From NCBI GenBank assembly GCA_965243025.1, contig CBDETY010000003.1:3008001-3072000 (forward strand): a stretch of DNA of 64,000 nucleotides, given 5' to 3'. A program made the translations under genes and the position numbers. Below the pieces are notes generated by a model. The model made no database searches. It had not been told where the DNA came from and was given only the letters and a program-made list of their open reading frames with translations. This stretch comes from Candidatus Latescibacterota bacterium (GTDB lineage Bacteria; Latescibacterota; UBA2968; UBA8231). Shown one piece after another: positions 49,355-60,375 of this stretch. The first letter of the stretch is position 1. Each line of letters starts with the position of its first letter.

Positions 49355-49391
49355 CCAGACTCAATCACACCATAGACGTAGGAGATTGAAG

Positions 49392-50040
49392 ATGCTGCGA
49401 ATTAATCTGCTCGTTGCCCTCCGCACCCTGCTGCGGCACAAGAGAAAGTATCATCAACCTGTTCCGGGCTGAGCATCGGAGTCGCCTGCTGCACGCTGGT
49501 CTACCTGTACGTCGATCACGAGTTGCGCCACGACGCCGTTCAACGAGAAGGGTGAACGGATCTACAGGCTTCTGCTCGAAGACGGAGCGAAGGGATAACC
49601 GAAAAAATTATCTTTAAATGGAACAAGGTTTGTCGGCGGGGCACCGACGAAAAAACAGCCCACCCGGAAGAAACTTGGTGATGGAATCCCAAGGGGGATC
49701 ATTCCTTCCTCTGTCCCGGTGGCCTTCCGACCCCGGGTGCCAGTTTGTCCTGCTTCTGGTGTCATCCGCAAGGTCCTCGGGCAACCACCGGCAGCGTGTT
49801 GATGATGATGTTGCGCAAGTTCGGATGGCTCGTGGTGCCCCCGCCAACGCCATCGCTTGGCCCGTCGCATTCTTCGTCCTCACCGCTGGCTCGCCTTCTA
49901 CGCCTACCGCATCGATCAAAGCCCGGAATGGTTCGCGCCGGCCGGCGTCGGGGTCCTCGCAGTCGCCCTGGCCGCTGTCACCGGGCAGACCTGGCTGGCG
50001 GCGCGGACCAACCCGGCAGACGCTCTCAGGTACGAGTGGT
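49392..50040 (+). pseudogene. Permease remnants (5' fragment ~49392-49580; 3' fragment ~49763-50037)
   Basis: MLRINLLVALRTLLRHK start; the 3' piece matches the ends of the 38846/41316 genes with indels. Confidence 0.8.
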
Positions 50041-50706
50041 GCTCAGGATCATGATCTGGTATTCTTCAAAGAAGGGAGGCTTGCGAAAGCCTCCCGTTCC
50101 CATCTGATCTACTGGTGCCAGAAAAGCAGCGATGGGGGGCGGGAATCTTTCGTGGGATGGCAGCTTGTAGCCAACCGGTTCCTGAAAAACGAGGACGGCA
50201 TGGACTTGGAGAACACGGGGGCATCACTCGGTCATGGGACAATTCCTTCGGGTTTTGGAGCAAAGGGGGTTTGCCCCGATCTCACATGGGAAGACCTGCA
50301 CAGTTGTCATTCGGAGGACCGGAACTGTCAGGCTGAAGGGGGGAGATGAAACGGCAAGATTGCCCCGAACTCCCGTTACTCCTTCACATGGGAAGAAGTG
50401 GCGCAAGAATAGGCCCCTGAGGACGGGAAATCCGCAGCCTGCACGCGATTTCGTCCAGTCCTAACCAATTGCGGAACTTCCAGGAGCAGATGATTCAGAT
50501 AGATTTCCTGCTTCAGGAGCTGCATGGGCAAGGTCGGCTGGCACCGCTCTCATCGAGGGCGACGAAGCGAGCATTCGGAAGCTACTTGGCGAGTTGGCCG
50601 GGCAGGAGGGATCGTCAAATTAGGAACTCCCTATGTTCTCTTAAGGCGACATGAAGGACTTGATCGGTAAGGGCTCCTTGGCACAGGCGTGAGGTTCAGA
50701 GAATCA

Positions 50707-51054
50707 ATGGTCGTCAACTCCGCGACAGTAATTCCGATTCAATTCCAAGGTCTTCGGATTTTTGACTATACTGCAGGAGGGAATACCAGTTCTTCACTTG
50801 CCAGAATCGTAGTTCCTCCTGGTGGGAGCCATCGGAAGGCGAAGTCGGAGCGTTCGGATAAATACTACTATGTTCTGCAAGGAGAAGTACTCTTCGAAGT
50901 AGAGGGGGATAATTATCGACTCGAAGACGCAGACTTTTGTCTCATAGAGCAAGGTAAGAGCTTTTCGTACGAGAATCAGACAGAAGAAGAGGCGATTTTG
51001 CTGCTCCTTCACACCCCAAGTTTCAACTTGGATTCAGAGACCTTTTTAGATTGA
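50707..51054 (+). CDS. Cupin-domain protein (probable cassette)
   Basis: VPPGG, YYYVLQGEV, SYEN; followed by an attC-like site. Confidence 0.85.
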   Translation: MVVNSATVIPIQFQGLRIFDYTAGGNTSSSLARIVVPPGGSHRKAKSERSDKYYYVLQGEVLFEVEGDNYRLEDADFCLIEQGKSFSYENQTEEEAILLLLHTPSFNLDSETFLD

Positions 51055-51095
51055 GCAAGTCTACGTTGAGGAACAAGAAGGGGGTGCAAAACGCG

Positions 51096-51187
51096 GCATA
51101 ACACGAACGGAAGGGGTTCCGGCGCCTTTTTGCCTCTGCAGGAAAAACGTGCCTGCGACAGGTTAGCAGCCCGGGGGACCGTTATAG
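51096..51187 (+). repeat. attC-like site (degenerate)
   Basis: GCATAAC ... GTTATAG; partial match to the branched family. Confidence 0.6.
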
Positions 51188-51200
51188 GAAATGCCAACTA

Positions 51201-52368
51201 GTGTTGTGTCGCAGAGATTCGCTCACAAAGTCTCTTGATTTTCGCGAGGATGGAATCGGCCGTAGCCGTCCAGACGAAAGGGCGTGCGTTGGCGTTCCAT
51301 TTGGCGGTGTAGCGTTCGATCCGCTCGATGAGCTCTGATACCTTACGGAACGAGTCCCGGCGAAGAGCTTGGCGGGTAATGACGCTGAACCAGATCTCGA
51401 CTTGGTTGAGCCACGAAGCATACGTGGGGGTGTAGTGAACGTGAAATCGAGGACGCCGTGCCAGCCATCGCTTGACCTTGGCATGCTTATGCGTGGCTTA
51501 GTTGTCGACGACCAGATGAATATCGAGGTCAGCCGGGACGTTGGCTTCAATGTGGCGCAGGAACTGGAGGAACTCCTGGTGACGATGACGAGACTTGCAC
51601 TGGGTCATCACGGCGCCGGTGGCGATGTCCAGTGCGGCGAACAGGGTGGTGGTGCCATGCCGCTTGTAGTCGTGCGTTACCCCTTCCACGTATCCCAGTC
51701 CCAGGGGCAGCATGGGCTGACTTCGTTCCAACGCCTGGATCTGGCTCTTCTCGTCCACGCGCAGCACCATGGCGTGCTCGGGGGGATTCAGGTATAAGCC
51801 GACGATATCCCGTACTTTGTCGACAAAGAAAGGATCGGTGGAAAGCTTGAAGTGCTTGTGTCGGTGGGGCTGCAAACCATACGTGCGCCAAATGCGATGA
51901 ACGCCATCCTTGGTCAGGCCGGTTTCCTCGCCCATGGAGCGCAGCGACCACTGGGTTTGGTCTTTGGGCTGGGTCTTCAGGGTCTTGTATACCACCTCGG
52001 CTACCTGCTCGTCCGTGATCGATCGCGGCGCCCCTGAGCGCAGCTCATCATACAAGCCTTGGAGCCCGTTTTCGAGAAAGCGCCGGCGCCACTTGCCGAC
52101 CGTAGCACGCGTCACACCCACCGCGGCCGCGACGGCTTCATTGGGCCAGCCTTCGGCGGCCAGCAGTATAATCTCGGCTCGCCGCACCAACCCGTGGGGA
52201 AGGCTCCGTGATTTGGCCATCGATTCCAATCGTTCCCGGTCCGACGGACTCAGCTCTAACGGCGTTAATGGACGCCCCGTCACCATAGGTCTCTCCTTTC
52301 AGAAAAGGGGATAAGAGAAACCTACGGCACCTTCAATTGTTTGTACAGTTATTTAGACGACAGGGCAC
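51201..52368 (-). mobile_element. IS630-family element; transposase inactivated by an in-frame TAA (51498-51500)
   Basis: CTAG at both ends (TA duplication); IRs GTGTTGTGTCG/GTGCCCTGTCG; VDN*ATHK..ASWLNQVE continues in frame. Confidence 0.92.
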
Positions 52369-52419
52369 TAGAGGGATTGTGCGGAATGACTTGGGATTCA
52401 GGAAGGCTGCGGAGGCGGA

Positions 52420-52500
52420 CGGTGACATCGCAGCCCCGCGGGCGCCTTGGCCTTTGGCAACTAGCGGGACGGGTTCGCACACTGAGTAAAAACGTTATAA
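52420..52500 (+). repeat. attC-like site, branched family
   Basis: gggcgccttggcctttggcaac..gggttcgc..AAACGTTATAA matches the reverse complement of 61535-61624. Confidence 0.7.
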
Positions 52501-52549
52501 GGGAATGCTAGCCAAGAGACTTGGGCTGTTCATATGGAGGTACTGAGAT

Positions 52550-53269
52550 ATGGGTTTGCCGAACATGGTTGTGATTGGATTTGGGCGGATGGGCCGCAAG
52601 TTTGCGGAGATCTTCTCTGAGCGTTTCCAAGTGCATGTGATTTCCTCCCGAAATGTATCAGACACGGTAGCTGAAATTGGCTGCGATCAAGCAAATAGTT
52701 TTTCGCAGGCGGTCTCTGATGCGGAGTACCTATTTCTCGCTGTGCCAATCCATGCCTTGGACGAAGTTATCGAACAGGTCAATTCGTACGTTCGGCCGGA
52801 TGCGGTCGCATTTGATATGTGCTCAGCACGCGTCGTGGCTGGCAAAAAGATGGACAAACTATGTTGCAACTGGTTCGGGATACATGCGGGAGGTGTATTT
52901 GGCGATGCGGATTCCAGGATCATTGAGTTCCTTGCGGAGAAGGGATATCGATATCGGCCGATGAGGGCGGATGAACACGACAGAAGAAATGTCATCAATG
53001 CACTCGCCCATTTCATCGGCATGACCTTGGACGATTTCCTGTCAGAAAAGGAAAAGGAGGCATTTGGACCAGCGGGCCGGAATCTGGTCGACCTAATTGA
53101 CCATTTGCGCGCCAACGCGCCTGTTACGTATTGGGAGAGTCAGGTCTGCAATCCCTACGCCAGTGAACAAAGAGCCAAACTCGTTGGTGCTTTCGAGGAA
53201 TACTCGGTCCGACTTTCACGCGGAGATTTTCCTTTCTTTCCGAGTCTATCCGGGATGTCTTGGGAATAG
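52550..53269 (+). CDS. Prephenate dehydrogenase-like Rossmann protein (cassette)
   Basis: IGFGRMG, FLAVP, FDMCS, DEHD..HF. Confidence 0.8.
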   Translation: MGLPNMVVIGFGRMGRKFAEIFSERFQVHVISSRNVSDTVAEIGCDQANSFSQAVSDAEYLFLAVPIHALDEVIEQVNSYVRPDAVAFDMCSARVVAGKKMDKLCCNWFGIHAGGVFGDADSRIIEFLAEKGYRYRPMRADEHDRRNVINALAHFIGMTLDDFLSEKEKEAFGPAGRNLVDLIDHLRANAPVTYWESQVCNPYASEQRAKLVGAFEEYSVRLSRGDFPFFPSLSGMSWE

Positions 53270-53292
53270 TCCGAAAAAGTGAGGCGGCAATC

Positions 53293-53383
53293 CTATAACA
53301 GGACGAGTCGCGCCGTTGCGTCGATTGGCGCCTCGGCCCTCAGGATACTGCCGTGCAGGTCCACAACCCCTGAAACCTTAAGT
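53293..53383 (+). repeat. attC-like site (degenerate; R' reads CTT)
   Basis: CTATAAC...ggcgcctcggccctcagg...GAAACCTTAAGT. Confidence 0.5.
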
Positions 53384-53443
53384 GAAATTGGGGCATGACG
53401 GAAGTATCCATGACCCAATCCATGACATTTGGGAGGAATCAAG

Positions 53444-53539
53444 TCATAGCGGGCAGCGTTTAGCGTTCGCGCGCCTTTTTGGCAGCTTTGTTTTTGGGCA
53501 ACCCGGAACGCGGGTTCGACAATCCGGGAATCGCTAGAC
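53444..53539 (+). repeat. attC-like site (degenerate)
   Basis: Family core ggcaacccg..cgggttcg; ends TCATAGC / GCTAGAC. Confidence 0.5.
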
Positions 53540-53568
53540 GACACCCAATTTGAAAGGTCATCTGATCG

Positions 53569-54195
53569 ATGCAGTTTTCCGATATCCTGATCGCTTCGTA
53601 TGAAAATCACGCGTTGGAACGTGAATCGAGTACTTCCAATTCATTCAAGGAGCTAGAAAGGCACGAGTTCCAAAAGTATCTGAAAATCGAGAGACGAAGC
53701 ACTATCCTTGAGCTTGGTTGTGGACCTGGTCACGATGCACGTTCCTTTATGGAACAGGGCTTCCAAATTCTTGCTGTCGACATTGCTCCGAGGATGGTCA
53801 AATTGGCGAAACAAAAAGGGGTCAACGCCAGAATTTTGGATTGCTATGATCTCGATCAGATGGTCGAAACATTTGACGCCATTTATTCGATGAATTGCCT
53901 TCTTCACATACCGAATAATGATATACTTCACATACTCGACTTGATCTCGGCTCGCCTCAATGAAGGCGGCTTTTTGTATCTCGGTTTATGGGGAGGCGAA
54001 GACTTTGAGGGAATCTGGGAGGAGGATCGATTTGAGCCGAAACGGTTTTTCTCTTTTCGGAAGACAGAGACTCTTTTGGAGCTCGTACATCAGTCATTTG
54101 AAGTCCAGTATTATCGAAAAATAGAGGCTCGGAAGGGTATGTTCTTCAATTCACTGATTAGCCGCAAGCGTTATCCCGAAGTGGGCGTTCTTTAA
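53569..54195 (+). CDS. Class I SAM-dependent methyltransferase (cassette)
   Basis: ILELGCGPG, AVDIA, FDAI, LNEGG. Confidence 0.9.
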   Translation: MQFSDILIASYENHALERESSTSNSFKELERHEFQKYLKIERRSTILELGCGPGHDARSFMEQGFQILAVDIAPRMVKLAKQKGVNARILDCYDLDQMVETFDAIYSMNCLLHIPNNDILHILDLISARLNEGGFLYLGLWGGEDFEGIWEEDRFEPKRFFSFRKTETLLELVHQSFEVQYYRKIEARKGMFFNSLISRKRYPEVGVL

Positions 54196-54644
54196 CCTGT
54201 TTCTGGGGCGAAGGCTCAATCAGGTTATCGGTACGGAACCGCAGCCGGAAACCAGTGCCGCGGCTAGGAAAGGTGAAGATAACAGGATATCCAAGAGCTG
54301 AAGATCGGGAAGGGATCTGAGCGCAGGGGCGGTGTTGACCGATCCGAAGTGATTGGTCCGAGGAACTGGAAGCCTAGCTTCTCCCGCTCAATCCGGACAG
54401 CACCATCGAAGAAATTGCTGAGGAAATCAACAAGCGCAGACTTCTGGGAAAGTTCTTGGAGATAGCGGAGAAAAGACCCAGACCAGTGGGAGTGAGCCCA
54501 CAAACTGAAGGAACAGCTACCGGACAGCAATCATCACCATCGAGGAGATCGCGAAGATCCGCCGCAGGCTTCACAAAAGGGCGCGTATTGAGCGCGACAG
54601 GGAGGACAGCGGTAGGGGCAGAAGGACAGCCGCCACTCAGGGGG

Positions 54645-54775
54645 CCAAGGTCTCGCACGTGACCATCGCCAAGGTCCTGGACCGGCATATGGTCACCTAC
54701 CAGCGGACCCGCACCTCGAAGTAGTCGAAGGATCTGGATTTCTCTTCAAAAAAAACGCATCAACCGCCTCTACCG
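54645..54775 (+). mobile_element. Internal fragment of the IS630 at 57870-59025, inverted
   Basis: ~130 bp similar to the reverse complement of ~58427-58558. Confidence 0.8.
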
Positions 54776-54928
54776 GGGGGCGTGCCCGATGCAGATTGCT
54801 TGACTGGTCAGCAGGAATCCTGTGATATTGCCAGCCACCCGACATTCCCGATTTTCCAGCCCTTCGCGAAACAGCGCTATCGTTTCATATGCCTTGTTTT
54901 GAACATTTCACATGCTCGAAGGTCCTTC

Positions 54929-55022
54929 ACGTAACGTCTCACCGATTGCCGAACTCGCCGAAGACGATCCCAAAGGCCAAAGGTCGGCGCCGCCAGCCGT
55001 AGCGGAAAACGAGTTGTAATGG
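54929..55022 (-). repeat. attC-like site, branched family
   Basis: taacgtctcaccgatt.ccgaactcgccgaag shared with 63311-63406; ~12 bp after the stop at 55034. Confidence 0.75.
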
Positions 55023-55033
55023 GACGTGCAGAT

Positions 55034-55732
55034 TCATTGTCGTCCCGTGGACGTCCCAATAAGAAAATCCGAGGCGGCAAGCCACTGCTCTGCGACTGTA
55101 CGAAGGTCGCCTCCTGGTATCGCGACCCTCGCTGGAATCTCCTGGAGCACCGCGCGCAGCTCTCCACCCCGCTGACGAAGCAAACTCATATCGGTTTGCC
55201 CCCGTAGCACAGATTTTACTTCCGAGTACGCAAAGTGCATCGCCGTGCCTATGCGGTGTTCTAAGGACCAGTCCATTTCATTCTCTCGACGAAGCCGAGA
55301 AACCAGTAGTCTTTCTGGAGGATACTCCCCAACCGACAGGTATCCTGGTTTGCATTCTGCCAGCGTGCCAAATCTGGCAACGTCCTCACCACGCTCGAAC
55401 GGGCAAAGATCCATGAGGTTCAGATCCACTTTGTGAAACACTGACTCGTTACGAAGAACCGTTCCAAGCATGCATGCCGACGTCGCGGTGGACATGAGCA
55501 TCCCGTGGTAGCGAAAAGGACGATAAGAGTTCAACGCACCCACCACATTCCAGCAGCAGCCAGGAAATCCAGAGACTACGAGAAGAAGGTCGATGTCCGA
55601 CCAACGATCCTCTTCGCCCCTAGCCTCCGAACCGAACGTGTAGCAACGCTCAACGACTGGAAGGGTCCCAAGGAAATCACACAGGTCCTTCGCCAGTGTC
55701 CGCCTTGCAGCCATTCCAGGTTGAGTCAACAT
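55034..55732 (-). CDS. Pol-beta-fold nucleotidyltransferase, ANT(6)/Lnu-like (cassette)
   Basis: FGSEARG..DRWSDIDL..KVDL. Confidence 0.8.
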   Translation of the reverse strand: MLTQPGMAARRTLAKDLCDFLGTLPVVERCYTFGSEARGEEDRWSDIDLLLVVSGFPGCCWNVVGALNSYRPFRYHGMLMSTATSACMLGTVLRNESVFHKVDLNLMDLCPFERGEDVARFGTLAECKPGYLSVGEYPPERLLVSRLRRENEMDWSLEHRIGTAMHFAYSEVKSVLRGQTDMSLLRQRGGELRAVLQEIPARVAIPGGDLRTVAEQWLAASDFLIGTSTGRQ

Positions 55733-55777
55733 CCCGTTCCTTTGGGGGAATCTTGATCTTACACCCTACCTACATTG

Positions 55778-55861
55778 CTCAAACGTTTCGCCGTGCCCGA
55801 ACCGCGAATGCGGTTGCCCGAAGGCGCGCCTGCGCCAAAGCCGGGCACGGACGTGTTAGGC
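55778..55861 (-). repeat. attC-like site, branched family
   Basis: GCCTAAC-ACGT-CCGTGCCCG...CGGGCACGG-CGAAAC-GTTTGAG; 6 bp after the stop. Confidence 0.85.
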
Positions 55862-55867
55862 GAAGAC

Positions 55868-56668
55868 TTACACTTCAGCCAGAATTACCATTCCCACAGG
55901 AAGTCGAGGCACGTCACCCTCACTGTCGACATTATCCCAACCAGCCAATTCTTCAAGTCGGCGAATGACAAATCCCGCATCAGCGATGGCGTTAACGACC
56001 TCCGCGAGGGGATGAAAGAATTCGACAATTTCTCGCTCCCCTTTCCAGCCACCGTGTTTGTCAGCGAGTGGAGTGCCGTCGAAACGGTAATACCCAGGTG
56101 ACGTGTTGAAGTAATCTCGTTCGACCGAAAAGACGCCATCCCTCTCCGACAAGCATTCCAAGACTGGATTGCCGTGGGTTAATACCAATCGTCCCGTTGG
56201 CTTGAGGACCCTGTGCCAATTGCGACAACACAAGAATAGATCCTCGAACCAGCAGATGTACGTTGCAACGACGATATCCAGGCTACCGTCAGGTATCGGC
56301 AACAAAGTCTGAGCATCGGCTTCGACAAATGTGACATTCGATCCGATCTTGGCCGCATTTTCCTTTGCAATGCGGATCGCTACTGGGCTGATGTCGCAGG
56401 CCGTAACGTGGGCACCGAGATTCCCCCAGGAGAAAGCCTGTTTCGCATCTCCCGCGCAACAGGTATCTAGCAGGTGCGCCCCGGAAACGTCACCAGCCAA
56501 TTGGACTACTGCTGCGTCGAGGGTGACTGCCCCCTCAGCATAGTGCTTATGGAAGTTCGGCACCTCTTTGAGGTTGAAATCCATGTAGGCTTCTTGGTAT
56601 TCGTCCCAAGCTTCTCTCAGCATCTTGTTATGGATGGCTTGTTTATCTGGCTGGTTCATATTTGACAT
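55868..56668 (-). CDS. Class I SAM-dependent methyltransferase (cassette)
   Basis: LLDTCCAG, VTACDIS, EADAQ, RVLKPTG. Confidence 0.88.
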   Translation of the reverse strand: MSNMNQPDKQAIHNKMLREAWDEYQEAYMDFNLKEVPNFHKHYAEGAVTLDAAVVQLAGDVSGAHLLDTCCAGDAKQAFSWGNLGAHVTACDISPVAIRIAKENAAKIGSNVTFVEADAQTLLPIPDGSLDIVVATYICWFEDLFLCCRNWHRVLKPTGRLVLTHGNPVLECLSERDGVFSVERDYFNTSPGYYRFDGTPLADKHGGWKGEREIVEFFHPLAEVVNAIADAGFVIRRLEELAGWDNVDSEGDVPRLPVGMVILAEV

Positions 56669-56695
56669 TTCCCCACAACCGGAAATCGAGTTTTC

Positions 56696-56754
56696 GCCTA
56701 ACGGACAAGGGCTTGCGATGGGCGGACCCGCGTGTGCGCGGTGTATAGTTGAGA
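56696..56754 (-). repeat. attC-like site (short, eroded)
   Basis: TCTCAAC ... GTTAGGC on the minus strand. Confidence 0.6.
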
Positions 56755-56794
56755 AGGGTCCTCAAGCCCGGAGTTGGTGGCCGTGCTCCCCTCC

Positions 56795-57271
56795 CTACTC
56801 CCGCTCCACGAAATATTTCTTAAATCCGTGACTCGTCCCATCTTGCATTCCAAGGCGTTTGTAGAATCCCACCTGATCTTCGTTTGGACCGCTGAGTAAC
56901 TGTAACTTGTAGCAGCCCTTCTCTTCGGCAAGGTTAATCGCAAATGTCATCAGTTTTTTCCCAAATCCTTTGCCTCTTTGTTCGCGTGCAACAACGACGT
57001 TCTCGATGATAGCCCAAGGGCGCCCTTCGTAAGTAAAATTCGGAACGATTGCCATTATGAGAGTGGCCACTATTTCCTTATCCGACTCGCCCACAACAAT
57101 GAAAATGTTGCCGTAGTCAGACATCTCATCGAAGATCCGAATTGACTCTTCGAGTCCGAGAGTCTTGGCCGAAAGACTATGGGGGCGGCTCGTGATCTGA
57201 GGAAAGAGATTTAGCAGCGATTCGACGTCTAACCTGGTCGCAACTCGGCAAGAAATGTCTGAATGATTCAT
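56795..57271 (-). CDS. GNAT acetyltransferase (cassette)
   Basis: IENVVV...QRGKGFG, GCYK, FYKRLG. Confidence 0.92.
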   Translation of the reverse strand: MNHSDISCRVATRLDVESLLNLFPQITSRPHSLSAKTLGLEESIRIFDEMSDYGNIFIVVGESDKEIVATLIMAIVPNFTYEGRPWAIIENVVVAREQRGKGFGKKLMTFAINLAEEKGCYKLQLLSGPNEDQVGFYKRLGMQDGTSHGFKKYFVERE

Positions 57272-57300
57272 CCGGTGGCCTTTCTCGACTTCGGCATGGC

Positions 57301-57368
57301 CATTAACGTTTTACCGGTTGCGGAAGCCCAAGGTGCGCCAGCACCGCAGCGCAAACGTGTTGTTAGAC
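57301..57368 (-). repeat. attC-like site
   Basis: GTCTAAC ... AAACGTTAATG; shares gccgcagcgcaaac-type core with 57705-57796. Confidence 0.75.
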
Positions 57369-57376
57369 GCTGCTTC

Positions 57377-57694
57377 TCACAGCTCTACTTCCTCGCAAGC
57401 CCACTCCTGCTCAAATGTCATTAACTCATTCCAACGTTCAAGAATGGGTTCATATTGGCGATACCAGTCAGCGTAATCCTCCGAATTCGTCGTCTCCTCC
57501 CAAGTGTGACGACTCGACCAATACTGCAACGCGAGATAAAATCGAGTATCAGCGATGCGAAGCAGACCGAGCCGCAGACAACCTGGGAGTTTCTTGAAGT
57601 GTGGAACGATCTCCCCACTGACAAGACTTTCAAGCTCCCCTTGCTCCGCACCATCTCGCAATGACCACCGCTTAAACGTTATGAAGTTTGACAT
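57377..57694 (-). CDS. Dimeric alpha-beta barrel / ABM-like small protein (cassette)
   Basis: 105 aa; KLPGC..Y....YWSS pattern. Confidence 0.65.
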   Translation of the reverse strand: MSNFITFKRWSLRDGAEQGELESLVSGEIVPHFKKLPGCLRLGLLRIADTRFYLALQYWSSRHTWEETTNSEDYADWYRQYEPILERWNELMTFEQEWACEEVEL

Positions 57695-57704
57695 ATGAAA
57701 TTTT

Positions 57705-57796
57705 GTTTAACGTTCCGGGCGGCCTGCGAACCCGCGCAGCGGGTTGCCGGAGGCCAAGGCGCGATCAGCGCCGCAGCGCAAACCGCGGCGTTACCC
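57705..57796 (-). repeat. attC-like site, branched family
   Basis: GGGTAAC ... GGAACGTTAAAC; aacccgc/gcgggtt hairpin. Confidence 0.82.
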
Positions 57797-57869
57797 GATG
57801 TATCAAACCACTGGACGCACCTGCGCTACTTCACTCACTCTTGAGGAACGGCACGAATTGCATCATCTA

Positions 57870-59025
57870 GTGCTCTGTTAAAGAGTCGGCATTGAATTTT
57901 GGACCTTCACCAACTTGGCATCGTCCCGGTTTCGATGTCGCCATACGAGGTATTCCTGCATGCGTTGGCCGACGTCTCGATGGTCCCTTGGGTCGCTGTT
58001 CTTGATGACGAAGTAATGGGCCGCCGTCAGATGGCATTCGAGACGATTCATCCAGGAGGCGTTGGTCGCGGTGAAGACCAAAAAGACCTGATTTCGCTGA
58101 CACCATCGCCGGATCTTGTCGGTCGTGTGCGTCGACAGGTTGTCGAGGACGAGGTAGATGCGTTTGGCTTTGCGGTAGCGGCGCCGGATGGCCTTCAGGA
58201 AGGTGAGCACCACCGAGGCGTGCTTCTTCGGCTTGTGATGCATCCACAGGTGATCCTCGTGGACGTTGTAGGCGCCGAAGAAGTAGCTGACGCCGGCGTG
58301 CCGGGAGTAGGTGGCCCGGTGCCGCACCGGGTGTTTCTGCGGCGCCCACGAAGAGCCGGCATGGGGCTTGATCTGCACCGGCCCCATCTCGTCGAAGCAG
58401 ACTACGACCGCGTCCTTCGGCGGGCGCCGGTAGAGGCGGTCGATGCGTTTTTTTTCGAGGAGAAATCCGGATCCTTCGACTCCTTCCAGGTGCGGGTCCG
58501 CTGGTAGGTGATCTTATGCCGGTCCAGGACCTTGGCGATGGTCACGTGCGAGACCTTGGGGATCATCTGGCGCCCCACCAGACAGTCGGTCAGCTTGCGC
58601 AGCGACCAGTGATTGAAGGGTTCGCCGAAAGCTCGAGGGGGCATCTTGGCGATCTCCACCACCACGGACTCGTCTTCGGGCGTCAGCGTCGGGGGGCGCC
58701 CCGGATGGGCTCGGGTGCGCAGCGAGGCCAGCCCTTCCTCGTTGTATTGCCGCAGCAGTTGGCGCACGTATTCTTCGTGCAGATGCAGGGTCGACGACAG
58801 TTCCTGGACCCGCATACCCTGGGCACTGAGGGAGATCAACTGCCCTCGGCGCATCTGCACGGCATGGCGCGGCCGCTTCAGCCATCGGCTCAGTTCCCTG
58901 GATTCGGCCGCATTCGGTGTTCGAGCATGGAGACACATGGCAGGACCTCCCCGTAAGAATCGACGTATGTCCCCATGATACCAAGGCTTACGAGAAAGTA
59001 CAAGCCCCAATCCTTAACGGAGCAC
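57870..59025 (-). mobile_element. IS630-family element (orfs 58402-59010 and 57878-58387, joined by a probable frameshift at A8, 58448-55)
   Basis: IRs GTGCTCTGTTAAAGA/GTGCTCCGTTAAGGA, CTAG at both ends; LDNLSTH, ASWMNRLE. Confidence 0.93.
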
Positions 59026-59115
59026 TAGCTGGCGCGACAATGGCGATAAATCGACACCAGACTTCGGATCAATCACTGCAATCGTGTAATCAACTGTGGT
59101 ATCAGGGTAAACCTG

Positions 59116-60375
59116 TGGAGTTGACCCGATTTCGTGGACACTTCATTTCTTGAAAGAAAGGAGGGTGTCCAACCATGCCGAAATCCCATTCCCCTTATCC
59201 GCCCGAATTCCGGCAACAGATGGTGGAACTGGTACGGGCGGGTCGTAGTCCGGAGTCGCTGGCCAAGGAATTCGAGCCGTCCGGGCAGACGATCCGCAAC
59301 TGGGTGATCCAGGCCGAACGCGATGAGGGGGTGCGCCGCGACGGCCCCTCCCGTCCGGAGCAGGAGGAATTGCGGCGCCTTCGCCGTGAGAACAAGCAAC
59401 TGCGTATCGAACGGGAGATCCTGGCAAAAGCCACGGCCTGGTTCGCTCGCGAGGCCGACTCGGAGTCCGGCCCGTCTACGAGTTCATGAGAGCGCACCAG
59501 GCCGACTTTCCGGTGCTGACGATGTGCCGCGTGCTGAAGGTCTCCCCCAGCGGCTACTACGCCTGGTTGAAACGCCCGCCTTCGGGTCGCGCCCGGGCCG
59601 ATGCCGTGCTCAAGGCACGTGTCGAGCAGATCCACCAACACTCCCGGGGCACTTATGGAGCGCCGAGGATCCGGGCCGAACTGGCCGAGGAGGGCCAAGC
59701 CATCGGTCGCAAGCGCATCGCCCGATTGATGCTTGAGCTCGGGGTGCGCGGGGTATGCGCCCGCCGCCGCCTCTCCACCACCCGTCGCGGCCGGCAGGGC
59801 CGGGTCGCCTCCGACCTGGTCAAGCGGGTGTTTTCGGTCTCCGGCCCGAATCGCCTGTGGGTTGCCGATCTCACCTACATTCCCACGAGGTCGGGGTTTT
59901 TGTATCTGAGCGTGGTCATGGACGCCTGGAGCCGCCGAGTGGTGGGCTGGGCCATGGCGAACCATATGCGTACGCAGTTGGTGCTGGACGCCCTTGACAT
60001 GGCCCTGCACCGGCGCCGTCCCAAGAAAGTGATTCACCACTCCGACCACGGCAGTCAGTATACGGCCCTGGCCTTCGGGAAGCGCTGTCGCCAGGCCGGG
60101 GTACGTCCGTCGATGGGATCGGTCGGTGACTGCTTCGACAATGCTCTGTGCGAAAGCTTTTTCGCCACCTTGGAAAGGGAGCTGCTGGATCGTCATCGGT
60201 TTGCTACCCAGTCGCAAGCCCAGCGTACGGTTTTCGAATACCTGGAAGGCTGGTACAACCCCCATCGGCGGCACTCGGCCCTGGGACAACGATCTCCCAT
60301 CAACTACGAGAGGTATCATTTATCAAGGGGTATAAATCCAAACGGAAAACTGTCCGTGAAATCGGGGTAACCTCA
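59116..60375 (+). mobile_element. Complete IS3-family element (orfA 59175-59489, orfB 59486-60370)
   Basis: 4-bp TSD CCTG; ORF translations identical to 26197-27456. Confidence 0.95.

Noticed and set aside
54190-54230. attC after the methyltransferase (CTTTAAC..GTTATCG)
   Set aside because: Only 41 bp with little internal pairing; it could be a remnant but is not supportable.
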